Shown here: positions 1 to 9,514 of the stretch, one piece after another | How the letters are laid out: each line of letters starts with the position of its first letter | How positions within the stretch are numbered: position 1 is the stretch's first letter | Source: an uncultured Gemmatimonadaceae bacterium | Lineage (GTDB): Bacteria > Gemmatimonadota > Gemmatimonadetes > Gemmatimonadales > Gemmatimonadaceae | NCBI GenBank assembly: GCA_963817955.1 | Contig: CAWFQK010000004.1 | Coordinates: 416,001-480,000 of the forward strand | Length of the DNA: 64,000 nucleotides | Direction of reading: 5' to 3' | Position numbers and translations under genes: made by a program | The notes under the pieces: model-generated | Told to the model about the DNA's origin: nothing | Database searches by the model: none | Seen by the model: the letters and a program-made list of their open reading frames with translations, nothing else

Positions 1-614
1 ATGGCGGCGACGAGGGGACTGACATCCGCTGCCGCGGTCCGCGCATCTGCCGCGTCGATGTACGTGAGATCCCCGTAAGCGATGTGCACCTTCGCGAACG
101 GTTTCGGAATCAGGAAACGATCCCAGCTCCTGAGTCGCCACGCGGACGACGACGCCGCCGCGATCGGCAATACCGGTGCGCCGCTCCGCTGGGCGATGAT
201 CAGTGTGCCCGGCGCCACCGAGTGTGCCGGACCACGCGGTCCATCGGGCGTGATCGCCAGGTCGTTCCCGTCGCCCACCGTGCGCGCCAGTCCGAGTAAC
301 GCACGCGCCGCGCCGCGCGACGTGGACCCGCGCACGGTGTTGTAGCCCAGACTCTTGGCCATGCGCGCGACGATCTCGCCATCCGAGTGTTCGCTGATCA
401 GCACCGCGATGTGCTCGCGCCGATGATGATAGAGGAGCGGCAACAACTGGCCGTGCCAGAGGCAGAAGATCACGGGCTTGCCTTCCGCTCTCCGCCCACG
501 AAGCCCCTCATCGTACGTCACGCGAATTCGCCACGTGGCGCCGAGCGCTCGGAGCAGCCATACGCCGATTCTCGAGATCCACACCACACGCCGCTGCCGC
601 CGATCGTCACCCAT
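1..614 (-). CDS. DUF374-family (LpxJ-like) lysophospholipid acyltransferase, 3' end runs off window
   Basis: Manual translation from ATG 614: MGDDRRQRR...IFCLWHGQLL...VLISEHSDGE...VRGSTSRG...ITPDGPRGP...SWDRFLIPKPF, the DUF374 motif set. Overlaps the lpxB stop. Missing from the ORF track because it has no stop in the window. Confidence 0.85.
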   Translation of the reverse strand, partial: MGDDRRQRRVVWISRIGVWLLRALGATWRIRVTYDEGLRGRRAEGKPVIFCLWHGQLLPLLYHHRREHIAVLISEHSDGEIVARMAKSLGYNTVRGSTSRGAARALLGLARTVGDGNDLAITPDGPRGPAHSVAPGTLIIAQRSGAPVLPIAAASSSAWRLRSWDRFLIPKPFAKVHIAYGDLTYIDAADARTAAADVSPLVAA

Positions 615-1734
615 GGTGTTCTTGTTTGGCCAGTACCGTGGCCATGTCCGCGACCCGGGCAGCGGCACCGGGAGTTCCGAGAGACGCGCGAACGATGGCG
701 AGGCCTTCCACCATGCGACGCCGCGCCTCGCTTGCCCCGTCCAACAACGGCCCCAGCGCGTCCGCTACCGCGAACGGCTGCAGCGCGCCCTGCACGAACT
801 CCGGCGCCAGTTCCCGCCCCGCCACGACGTTCACCAGGCCGATATGCGGGATCTTCACAAGGTGGCGCGCCGCCGCATATGTGATCGCACTCGTGCGATA
901 CGCCACGACCAGCGGACAGCCGGCGACCGAAGCCTCCAGCGTGGTCGTACCGCTCTTGCACAGCGCTGCGTCCGCGGCCCGAAACACGGTGAAGGACGCC
1001 GAGTGGACCAAGGGGTACGGGCAGCGCTCTGGACTGAGCGTGACATGCGGCGCCGCGCTCACGATCACCTTGAGCAACGGATCGCGTCGCTGCAGCTCGC
1101 GCGCGGCGCCCACGAACGCATCCAGGTGGTGATCGATCTCTTGTCCACGGCTACCCGGAAACAGCGCGAGCACGCGGTCATCAGCTGACAGGCCGAGCGT
1201 AGCGCGCGCACTGCCACGGGTGGGAAGATCGGACACGCGATCGAGCAACGGATGTCCGACGAACGTCGCGTCGATGTGATGCTGTCGCAGGAGCTTTTCC
1301 TCGAACGGCAGGATCACCGCGGCTTTCGTGACCGTGCGTGCCAGCCGCTCCAGCCGGTTGGAGCCCCAGGCCCACACCTGCGGAGTGATGTAGTACAGCA
1401 CCGGCACACCCGCTGCGGTGGCGGCGGCGGCGATCTTCATGTTGAACGTGGGGTAGTCGATCAACACGACGAGTGCGACGTCGCCGCTCCGGATGCGTCG
1501 CTTGATGTCGCGCAGCAGCGCCCAATGCATGGGGACATGCTTGATCACCTCGACGAATCCCATCACGGCGAGCCGCTCGGCGTGCTCGATGAGCTCCACG
1601 CCGGCGCCGCGCATCGCCTCGCCGCCAATTCCCGTCAACCGGAACGGCGCGCCGCGCGCGTGGAGCTCGCGCGCTACGCCGGCCGCATGTGCGTCGCCGG
1701 AGACTTCGCCGGCGACAAAGAGTATTTCACGCAC
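607..1734 (-). CDS. lpxB: Lipid-A-disaccharide synthase
   Basis: VAGEVSGD, VMGFVEV, IDYPTFN, PQVWAW, ILPFE, FVGHPL, PGSR, SGTTTLE motifs; GTG start at 1734. Confidence 0.95.
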   Translation of the reverse strand: MREILFVAGEVSGDAHAAGVARELHARGAPFRLTGIGGEAMRGAGVELIEHAERLAVMGFVEVIKHVPMHWALLRDIKRRIRSGDVALVVLIDYPTFNMKIAAAATAAGVPVLYYITPQVWAWGSNRLERLARTVTKAAVILPFEEKLLRQHHIDATFVGHPLLDRVSDLPTRGSARATLGLSADDRVLALFPGSRGQEIDHHLDAFVGAARELQRRDPLLKVIVSAAPHVTLSPERCPYPLVHSASFTVFRAADAALCKSGTTTLEASVAGCPLVVAYRTSAITYAAARHLVKIPHIGLVNVVAGRELAPEFVQGALQPFAVADALGPLLDGASEARRRMVEGLAIVRASLGTPGAAARVADMATVLAKQEHHG

Positions 1735-2740
1735 GAATTGGCAGGGACGAGGATGTCCCGGCAAGACTCGGCAGCGAACGCTCGATTTCCCGCACGATAC
1801 TCAGTGCAACGGCAAGCGCCTCTCGGCCGTCCCGGCCCGTGACGGCAATGGGCGCCTCGCCCGCCACCGCATGAACGAACGCTTCGAGCTCAAGCCGGAG
1901 CGGTTCCCCCTCCGGTGCGTCAATGGCGATCCGCTCGACGTACGATTCGAGCGCCTGCGCTCCCTGCGCGTCACGCACGAGCGCCAGCAAATCGATATCG
2001 CGGCGCAGGCGGTAGAACTCGCCCGTGCCCTTGCCCAGATCGAGCGACAGGTAGCCGCTCTGCTGGAAGATCCGGAGCTTGCGCATTCGCTCGCGCGACA
2101 CCCGGCTTGCCGTGATGTTCGCAACGGCGCCCGCCTCGAAGGTAAGGCGCGCGTTCGCGATGTCCACGAATGGCGTCAACACCGGAACGCCGACGGCGGA
2201 TACCGAGCTCACGCCACCGCCAACGAACGTCCGCACGAGGTCGATGTCGTGGATCATCAGATCCAGCACGACGGCTACGTCCGAGCCGCGCGCATTGAAC
2301 GGGGCCAGCCGGTTGCTCTCGATGAACCGCGGCCCTTCCACGAATGGCAGTGCGGCGCGCACCGCGCGGTTGAACCGCTCCACGTGACCGGTCTGGATCA
2401 CCGCTCCGGTCCGGCGCGCGATCGCCAACAACGCGTCGGCTTCGTCGAGCGTGGTCGCGATGGGCTTCTCGATCAGCACGTGCAGTCCGCGCTCGAGGGC
2501 CGGCGCCGCCACCTTGAAGTGGTACGGCGTGGGCACCACGACGCTGACCGCCTGCACCTCATCCAACAGCGCGTCCAGTGACTGGAACGCCGGCACGCCG
2601 AGCTCCGCACTCACCGTGGCGGCGCGATCGGCCCTGGCGTCGTGAAAACCCACCAGCTGCGCGCCTGGCACGTCGCGCAGAATGCGCGTATGGTGAAAAC
2701 CAAGAGCCCCGGCGCCAATGACACCAATGCGAACGGGCAT
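1727..2740 (-). CDS. Gfo/Idh/MocA oxidoreductase (GnnA-like)
   Basis: GAGALG Rossmann motif, EKP, GHVERFN, LDLMIHDID, ASRVS; lies between lpxA and lpxB. Confidence 0.9.
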   Translation of the reverse strand: MPVRIGVIGAGALGFHHTRILRDVPGAQLVGFHDARADRAATVSAELGVPAFQSLDALLDEVQAVSVVVPTPYHFKVAAPALERGLHVLIEKPIATTLDEADALLAIARRTGAVIQTGHVERFNRAVRAALPFVEGPRFIESNRLAPFNARGSDVAVVLDLMIHDIDLVRTFVGGGVSSVSAVGVPVLTPFVDIANARLTFEAGAVANITASRVSRERMRKLRIFQQSGYLSLDLGKGTGEFYRLRRDIDLLALVRDAQGAQALESYVERIAIDAPEGEPLRLELEAFVHAVAGEAPIAVTGRDGREALAVALSIVREIERSLPSLAGTSSSLPIRA

Positions 2741-3516
2741 CAGATCACCGACCCGCGATCGCTGCGCTCAAAGAACGACAGGAACTCGGTGATCTCCGGA
2801 AAGTCGTGCAGCTCCGCAGCGGCTCGCTCGCGCGCTTGCGAGAGGTTCATCTCCGACTTGAAGAACAGCCGGTATGCGCGCTTGAGCTCCCGGCGCACCT
2901 CGTCCGGGAATCCGTTGCGCTCCAGTCCGACGCTGTTCAGGCCATACAGTCGGATCGGATTTCCCACGGCTTTCACATACGGCGGAACATCCTTCGCCAC
3001 GCGCGAGCAGCCGCCGATGAAGCTGTAGCGACCGATGGTCGCGAATTGATGCACCGCGACCAGGCCGGAGAGGATTGCCTTCTCGTCGATCGTGACGTGT
3101 CCCGCCAATTGAGTGCCGTTCGAGATGATGACGCCGTCACCGACGTGACAATCGTGTGCGATGTGCACGTACGACATCAGGAAGCAGTTCTTGCCGACGG
3201 TGGTCTTGAACGATTGCGTGGTACCACGATTGATGGTCGTGTACTCTCGAATCGTGGTGCCTTCGCCGACAGTCACCACCGTGCGCTCGCCCTTGAACTT
3301 GAGGTCCTGGGGCTCACCGCCGAGCACACTGCCAACGCCCACCTTCACGTTGGCGTCGAGCGTGACATATCGCTCCAGTGTGACGCGCGCGTCGAGTACG
3401 CACGAGTCGCCGACGACACAATCCGGCCCGATGATGGTGAATGGGCCGATCTGGACATCGCTGCCGATCTGGGCGGACGGATCGACGATTGCCGTTGGAT
3501 GAATGGTCGTCGTCAT
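2740..3516 (-). CDS. lpxA: Acyl-ACP--UDP-GlcNAc O-acyltransferase
   Basis: IHPTAIV start, hexapeptide repeats, PQDLKF, IREYTTINRGT, HIAHDC, LNSVGLERNG. Confidence 0.96.
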   Translation of the reverse strand: MTTTIHPTAIVDPSAQIGSDVQIGPFTIIGPDCVVGDSCVLDARVTLERYVTLDANVKVGVGSVLGGEPQDLKFKGERTVVTVGEGTTIREYTTINRGTTQSFKTTVGKNCFLMSYVHIAHDCHVGDGVIISNGTQLAGHVTIDEKAILSGLVAVHQFATIGRYSFIGGCSRVAKDVPPYVKAVGNPIRLYGLNSVGLERNGFPDEVRRELKRAYRLFFKSEMNLSQARERAAAELHDFPEITEFLSFFERSDRGSVI

Positions 3517-4787
3517 TTGTCGCGCACCACGGCACCCATCTCGGCTTCGGCAACGACCTGCCCATCGACCTTTGCCACGCCGGACATCTTCGCCATCGTG
3601 CCGCGCACCTGGAGCAGCTCCAGCTCGAAACGAATCTGATCGCCCGGTCGGACCGGTCGCCGCCACTTCACGTTGTTGAGCGACGTGAAGTACACGACCT
3701 TGTTCTCCGGATCCGGCACCGCTCCCATGAGCAGCATGCCGCCAACCTGTGCCATCGCTTCGATGATGAGCACCCCCGGCATGATCGGATGCCCGGGAAA
3801 ATGTCCCTGGAAGAATGGCTCGTTGATCGTGACGTTCTTCATACCCACGATCCGCTTGCCCTCCTCGATCTCGAGCACCCGGTCCACGAGCAGAAATGGA
3901 TACCGGTGCGGCAGGACCCGCATGATTTCTTCGATCTCGATCACTCTCGTCTCCTTCGCAATCGCTTCTGTCATCGCTTGCACCAGTCGAACGGTTCCCC
4001 GATGGCTCGGCTTGAACGCCGTCACACGGGCACGGACGCGGAGACCAGCCAGCGCCAGGTCACCCACGCAGTCCATTGCTTTGTGCCGGACGAATTCATC
4101 CGGCCAGCGGAGCGATTCTGCCCCGCCGATCACTCCATTCTCGTCGAGTACGACCGCATTGTCGAGCGACGCGCCCTGGATCAAGCCTTTCGTCCGCAGC
4201 CCATCTATTTCGTGGACGAAACCAAAGGTGCGCGCCGATGCGAGATCGCGCGCGAAGCTCTCGTTCGTGACACGATAGCAGGCTTCCTGGCGTCCAATTG
4301 CCGCGTGCGGAAAGTCGATCGTCACCGCAAGCTGGAGATCCGGCGCCGGCGTCACCTCGTATATCGATTCCCCATCCACCAGCCGGAGTGGCCGACGAAT
4401 ACTCAGATACGACACTTCGCCACCGTGCTCCGTGATCCCGGCACAGTGCAGCGCCTCCACAAATGGCATCGCACTGCCGTCCATGATCGGCGGCTCCGCT
4501 GCATCGAGCTCGATCTCCACGTCGTCCACGCCGCACCCAAGGACCGCCGCGAGCACGTGTTCCACGGTGTGCACCGACACGGGGTCTTCACCGAGTTGCG
4601 TCCGGCGCTCCGACAGGACCGCGTGCTCGGCAAGTGCCCGAATGCTAGGCGCTCCCGGGAGATCGATACGGCGGAAGGAAATCCCCGCGCCGCACGGCGC
4701 CGGCTTGAACGCCAGATGGCACGCGGCGCCAAGGTGCAACCCGATTCCCTCGAGGGATACGGGACGTGCGATGGTGCAACGATTCAT
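3513..4787 (-). CDS. lpxC-fabZ: Bifunctional LpxC/FabZ
   Basis: N-terminal GIGLHLG, TVEHVLAA, PIMDGSA, ARTFGF, HKAMD; C-terminal LPHRYPFLLVDRV, FFQGHFPGHPIMPGVL. Confidence 0.95.
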   Translation of the reverse strand: MNRCTIARPVSLEGIGLHLGAACHLAFKPAPCGAGISFRRIDLPGAPSIRALAEHAVLSERRTQLGEDPVSVHTVEHVLAAVLGCGVDDVEIELDAAEPPIMDGSAMPFVEALHCAGITEHGGEVSYLSIRRPLRLVDGESIYEVTPAPDLQLAVTIDFPHAAIGRQEACYRVTNESFARDLASARTFGFVHEIDGLRTKGLIQGASLDNAVVLDENGVIGGAESLRWPDEFVRHKAMDCVGDLALAGLRVRARVTAFKPSHRGTVRLVQAMTEAIAKETRVIEIEEIMRVLPHRYPFLLVDRVLEIEEGKRIVGMKNVTINEPFFQGHFPGHPIMPGVLIIEAMAQVGGMLLMGAVPDPENKVVYFTSLNNVKWRRPVRPGDQIRFELELLQVRGTMAKMSGVAKVDGQVVAEAEMGAVVRDK

Positions 4788-4996
4788 TGGGGTCGCGAAG
4801 GGTACGGCGGCCACGAGGCAGCTGAGGGGGGAGTCGGAGGGGGACGCGACGCAATATCGCTAATTCATCGCGCCGACGCAGGCCGAGGATTGGCCATTTC
4901 GAGCCGTCAATGCGCCTGATCGGGAATCGACTCGACCCCTTTTCGACACGCTCCCGCGGGCGAACCCTGTGGTCCGGGGTGGCGACGCCAGTAGCC

Positions 4997-5290
4997 CGTA
5001 GTGTGGCAAATTGCAAACGTAGGCCGGCTGATCGCCCCCGTAGGGCGGCTGATCGCGGCCGTAGGCCGACTGATCGACCTGTCATGACGCAGAACGACAC
5101 AAATATTCGCTCGGAGCACGCCCATAGGGCATCTGAACGCCTCCGTTATCGAACAAATCGTCGGCGTGGAGCGGCTGATCGTGGTGGGGGTTGGCCTGTT
5201 CGGCCCCGTAAGGCGCCTGAGCAGGGTCGGTATGTTGCAAAACGCCAAAAGTACGCGGCGAATCGACCGGGAAGGGCAACTGTACGAGCA
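4997..5290. repeat. Degenerate 21-bp-period tandem array (~14 units), consensus ~CGTAGGGCGGCTGATCGNNNN
   Basis: Units in register every 21 bp from 4997 to 5270; near-identical trio at 5018-5080. Confidence 0.8.
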
Positions 5291-5333
5291 GGTAGAGCAG
5301 GTAGGCCAGGTGAGCGCGTGTCTACGTGCAGTG

Positions 5334-6404
5334 CTAGCCTTCGTCTTCCCTGCCGAGCAGCCGCTCAATACGCCGTAGGAGCGTAGGAAGCTTGAGGAGC
5401 GCGGCCTGCGCGCGAAGCGATTGCCTGTGTGGCCGCGCCGGATAGCCCGACCATGTCTCGCCGGCCGGGACGTCGCCAAACACCCCGCCCCGAGCGGCTA
5501 TGCGTGCCCCCTTACCGATGGTGCAATGTCCCGCCACTCCCACCTGGCCGAGAATCATGACGCCATCCTCGATGCGCACCGACCCCGAGATACCCGCCTG
5601 CGACATGATCAGGCACAAACGCCCGATCCGCACGTTGTGGCCAATCTGAACGAGGTTGTCGATCTTTGTGCCCGCACCGATGACGGTATCGTCGATGCTT
5701 CCCCGATCGATTGTCGTGTTGGCCCCAATCTCGACGTCGTCCTCGAGGATACAGCGGCCGACGTGAGGGATCTTTACGTGGTGTCCGTCGCGCTGCACGT
5801 AGCCAAATCCGTCGGACCCGATCCGCACGCCGGAGTGAAGGATCACGCGGTTGCCGAGGCGGCTGCCGCTGTACAGCGTCACCGACGGGAACAACTGGAC
5901 GTGATCACCGAGCTCGACGCCCGCTCCGATCGTGCAATGCGCGCGCACGATAGCGCCCTCGCCAATTCGCGCGCCGTCGTCGATCACGACGTGCGGGCCA
6001 ATGGACACGTTCTGTCCCAGGAGAACGTCCGCGCCCAGCACCGCTGTGGGGTGGACGCCGGGCGTCGCGCGCGGCATGTGGTGAAAGCGCGGAAGAAGCG
6101 TCAGTAATGCTTCTTGCGGTTTCGCCACGATGATGCGCGCGGGCACCGTCCCAGGCGTGTCCGCCAGTTCCGCGGATACGAGCACTACCCCGGCGCGCGA
6201 TGCCGTGAACAACGGGGCGTACTTGGCGACCCCGAGAAAACTCAGATCCGTTCCGGTGGCACGATCGAGCGCCGCCACTCGGGCTACACAGACGGACGGG
6301 TCGCCGATCAGTTGGCCGCCCACCGCATCCGCAATAGTCGCGGCGGTGAGGACGAATCCGCCCTCACCGCCGCCATCATCCTGCTGGGCCGAACCGGCGA
6401 TCAC
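5334..6404 (-). CDS. lpxD: UDP-3-O-acylglucosamine N-acyltransferase
   Basis: Hexapeptide repeats, [31 protein letters not shown]; exact start uncertain. Confidence 0.95.
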   Translation of the reverse strand: MIAGSAQQDDGGGEGGFVLTAATIADAVGGQLIGDPSVCVARVAALDRATGTDLSFLGVAKYAPLFTASRAGVVLVSAELADTPGTVPARIIVAKPQEALLTLLPRFHHMPRATPGVHPTAVLGADVLLGQNVSIGPHVVIDDGARIGEGAIVRAHCTIGAGVELGDHVQLFPSVTLYSGSRLGNRVILHSGVRIGSDGFGYVQRDGHHVKIPHVGRCILEDDVEIGANTTIDRGSIDDTVIGAGTKIDNLVQIGHNVRIGRLCLIMSQAGISGSVRIEDGVMILGQVGVAGHCTIGKGARIAARGGVFGDVPAGETWSGYPARPHRQSLRAQAALLKLPTLLRRIERLLGREDEG

Positions 6405-7009
6405 TGTGCCGGCGGCTTTGGACGCGTGACGCCGGCCGGCGCGGACGGCGCACCCTTCGGTGGAACTGCAACTGGAGCCGCTACAGCCTTCGTCGCGCGC
6501 AGCCGCGACACGACGCGATCCGTGATGTCGAGATTCTTATCCGCAGACACGATGCTCGAATTCTGCGGGTCATTCGCAAAGATGATCGCGTAGCCGTCTT
6601 CGGTACGGATGTCGTCCAGCGCTTTCTTCACGGCCTCAGTGACTGGCGCCATCACCTCGTTCGTGCGCTGCGAGAACTGCTGCTGGAGCTGAAGGTTTTT
6701 CGCCTGCAGATCGGTCTCGAGCGACTGTATCGCCTTCTGGCGGGTGTCCTTGGCCGTGGCGCTGAGCGCGGGCTCGTCCTTCTGATATTTCGTGAGAAGC
6801 GTGTTGATGGAATCCTGCATCTTGCCCAGCTGCGCCTTGAATCCATCACCTTCCTTCTGCAGCACCGCCTCGGCTTGCGCGCGGCCCGGGGCTGCATCCA
6901 TCAGTGCCTGCGTATTCACGAAGGCGAGCTTGACTGTCTGGGCGTTTGCAACGCCGCCGATCACTGAACCTACGAGCGCGATCACCGTCGCGCGGAACAT
7001 GGAACGCAT
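6401..7009 (-). CDS. skp: OmpH/Skp periplasmic chaperone
   Basis: Signal peptide, KLAFVN, helical body, DITDRV; between bamA and lpxD. Confidence 0.9.
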   Translation of the reverse strand: MRSMFRATVIALVGSVIGGVANAQTVKLAFVNTQALMDAAPGRAQAEAVLQKEGDGFKAQLGKMQDSINTLLTKYQKDEPALSATAKDTRQKAIQSLETDLQAKNLQLQQQFSQRTNEVMAPVTEAVKKALDDIRTEDGYAIIFANDPQNSSIVSADKNLDITDRVVSRLRATKAVAAPVAVPPKGAPSAPAGVTRPKPPAQ

Positions 7010-7021
7010 GAAGACTCCGAA

Positions 7022-9439
7022 TTAGAAGATCTGACCGAACTTGAAGTGAACCTGCCATTTGGGATCCTTATGCCCGAACGCGTCCACGCGATCGAACCCA
7101 TACCCCAAGTCGACACCCAGTGGTCCGAGAGGCGTGACGAGCGACGCTCCGAAGCCCGCACCCCGGAAGAGTCTGGTCGGATCGAAGTCGCTGGGCCGAT
7201 CCCAGAGATTGCCTGCGTCGTAGAACGCGTCGATGTACAGCTGCTGACTCACACGCAGACCGAGTTCCGCTGTGCTCGTGTAGTACGCATTACCGAACGA
7301 TGACCGCTGGGCCTGGAACTGATCGGCGTTCGGGAGATACCCCTTGGGCGTGATCGAAAACTCCTCGTACCCGCGCAGAGGATTGCCGTACTGCACGCCG
7401 CCCAACGAGAACGCCTGCGAGACGAAGAACGGTCCCGGATCACCGAACAACGCGCCGGCGCGGGCCGACAAGCCCACGACCAGCGCCATGGGCTCCGGAC
7501 CAAGGGCCTTGCCGAAGGTCGCGATCGTGGAGTATGAGCGCATCTCGGTCGTGAGTCGTTGGAACGTGGCCGACCCGCCCAGGGGTCCACCGTTCAACTG
7601 CAGCGCGACGTCTTCGTGCACGCCGGCGACGGGGAACGGCGTCCCCAGTCGTGTATCATGATCGAGCGTGAAGCCGAGCGTCGAACGGAAGCAGCCGTTG
7701 CAGTTGATCGTCGCCACGAGCCCATCGCCCCCGTAACTCACCCGCTCGCCGCCATAGCTCACGAAAAACCGCGTGAGACGCGAGTTCGGCAGTGGGAAGC
7801 CGAACTGGAGCTGTCCGCCCGTCGTGTTCGACTGGCCGATGTCGCGGATGATGAAGCGTGACAGCTGGTTGTACGCCGACACGGTGCCGGACACGTTCGA
7901 CTGCTTGATCCGCGGATCGGTGTAGCTCAAGGTGAAGTCGCGGATGTACTGGCCAAACTGCCATTGCAGCGAGCCACGCTTGCACTCGCCGAACAGGTTC
8001 GGCTGGTCAAAGCCAATGAAGCCGCCAAGGCCAGTCCCCTGCCCGACCGACGCGCCAAAGTTGACATTGCCTGTACGCTTTTCCTTGACGTGGAAAATCA
8101 GGTCGATGTCGCCCTTGTCATTCGCCGGATTCGTGGTCGGTTGCGGCATGTCCGCTTCGAAGAATCCAAGGTTGGCGATGTTGCGATAGCTCTGAAGCAG
8201 TCGATCGCGATTGAAGACGTCACCCGGCAGAATGAACAGCTGGTCTCGGATACACGTTTCCGTCGTGACGTCGTTGCCGACGATATCCACCCGGTTCACG
8301 ATCGCCGGCGTCCGCTCGTCTATCTCCCACCGCAGGTTCACCGTCGGCGTCGAATCCGGGCCGACCCGCTCACGCTCGACCACCGGACGGATGCTCGCGT
8401 AGATATAGCCTTCGTTCTCATACTCTTCCTGCACCTTACTCGTGGCGTCATCCCACGCACTGGAATTGAAAACGTTCTTCGCCTCCGTCGGTCCGCGGCT
8501 GATGAGGCCTTTCACCGTTTCGGTGACAGTCTTGGTCTTCTTGGCGCTGAACGGGTAATAGGCCGCGATTTGTTCGTTGGAGAATCGTTTGGCACCATCC
8601 ACCTCGAACGTGCCGATCTTGTATTGCGGCCCCTCGTTGACGCGAATCCGAACGAGGGCTTTGCCCTTCTCGCGGTCGACGATCAGCGAGTCCTTCACAA
8701 CCTGCATGTCGATGAACCCGTGCGCCGCGTAGAGCTGCGGAATGGTCCTCGACAGATCTTCATTGTATTTGTCGCTGTCGAACTCGCCGTTCTTCCACCA
8801 GAAGAAACCTTCAGGCTTCGTACTGAGCGCAGCCACGATCGTCTTGGCTGAGAGCGCTTTGTTGCCTTCAATCTCGACGCCCGAGATCGCCAGTCGACGG
8901 CCCTCGTCGACGTGAAAGACCAACGTGGTGGCGTCGCGGTCGGTGATCGTATCAACCGTCACCTTGGCCAGGTAGTAGCTCTGGCTCTGGTACAACGAAT
9001 CGATGCGTGCAACGTCCTTCGCGACCTGGGCCGGATCGACTGGCTTGCCGATCAACAGGTCCACCCGGTCGCGAACTGAGCTTGGCGACACTCGCTCGGG
9101 ACCGACGACCTTTATGTCGCTCAGAATGCGGCGCTCGCGGACCGTGAAAATGAGCACTGCCTTGCCACCAACGAACTCGCAACTCGTCCGAACGTCTTCG
9201 AACTGATTGGTGGCAAACAGGTCACGGATTGCACGGGTGAGCACCCGATTGCCGCCGATAGGCTGGCCGGGAGTGATCCCAACGCCGGCGCGCAGGTCGG
9301 CCTCAGGCACTCGGGAGAAACCACGAAACGCCACGCTGTCAGGCGTGGCGCACTGTCCGGTCACGGTCTCCTGGGCTGCGGCGGCAGAAGCAGCTACCGC
9401 GAGACCCACGACCGCGAGCAAAACATGCATTTGTCGCAT
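7022..9439 (-). CDS. bamA: Outer-membrane protein assembly factor BamA
   Basis: Signal peptide, POTRA-like repeats, LRGY, TPLGPL, C-terminal F. Confidence 0.95.
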   Translation of the reverse strand: MRQMHVLLAVVGLAVAASAAAAQETVTGQCATPDSVAFRGFSRVPEADLRAGVGITPGQPIGGNRVLTRAIRDLFATNQFEDVRTSCEFVGGKAVLIFTVRERRILSDIKVVGPERVSPSSVRDRVDLLIGKPVDPAQVAKDVARIDSLYQSQSYYLAKVTVDTITDRDATTLVFHVDEGRRLAISGVEIEGNKALSAKTIVAALSTKPEGFFWWKNGEFDSDKYNEDLSRTIPQLYAAHGFIDMQVVKDSLIVDREKGKALVRIRVNEGPQYKIGTFEVDGAKRFSNEQIAAYYPFSAKKTKTVTETVKGLISRGPTEAKNVFNSSAWDDATSKVQEEYENEGYIYASIRPVVERERVGPDSTPTVNLRWEIDERTPAIVNRVDIVGNDVTTETCIRDQLFILPGDVFNRDRLLQSYRNIANLGFFEADMPQPTTNPANDKGDIDLIFHVKEKRTGNVNFGASVGQGTGLGGFIGFDQPNLFGECKRGSLQWQFGQYIRDFTLSYTDPRIKQSNVSGTVSAYNQLSRFIIRDIGQSNTTGGQLQFGFPLPNSRLTRFFVSYGGERVSYGGDGLVATINCNGCFRSTLGFTLDHDTRLGTPFPVAGVHEDVALQLNGGPLGGSATFQRLTTEMRSYSTIATFGKALGPEPMALVVGLSARAGALFGDPGPFFVSQAFSLGGVQYGNPLRGYEEFSITPKGYLPNADQFQAQRSSFGNAYYTSTAELGLRVSQQLYIDAFYDAGNLWDRPSDFDPTRLFRGAGFGASLVTPLGPLGVDLGYGFDRVDAFGHKDPKWQVHFKFGQIF

Positions 9440-9457
9440 AGTCCGGGAATATACACA

Positions 9458-9502
9458 GAAGGCGGCCGGTCAGGTCCTTGATGGGACCAACCGACCGCCT
9501 TC
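9458..9502. terminator. Imperfect GC-rich hairpin between clpC and bamA
   Basis: GAAGGCGGCCGGT ... ACCGACCGCCTTC inverted repeat. Confidence 0.5.
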
Positions 9503-9514
9503 CTGTCGATTTCT

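Noticed and set aside
3513..4787. LpxC-FabZ fusion as a novelty
   Set aside because: Established feature of FCB-group bacteria
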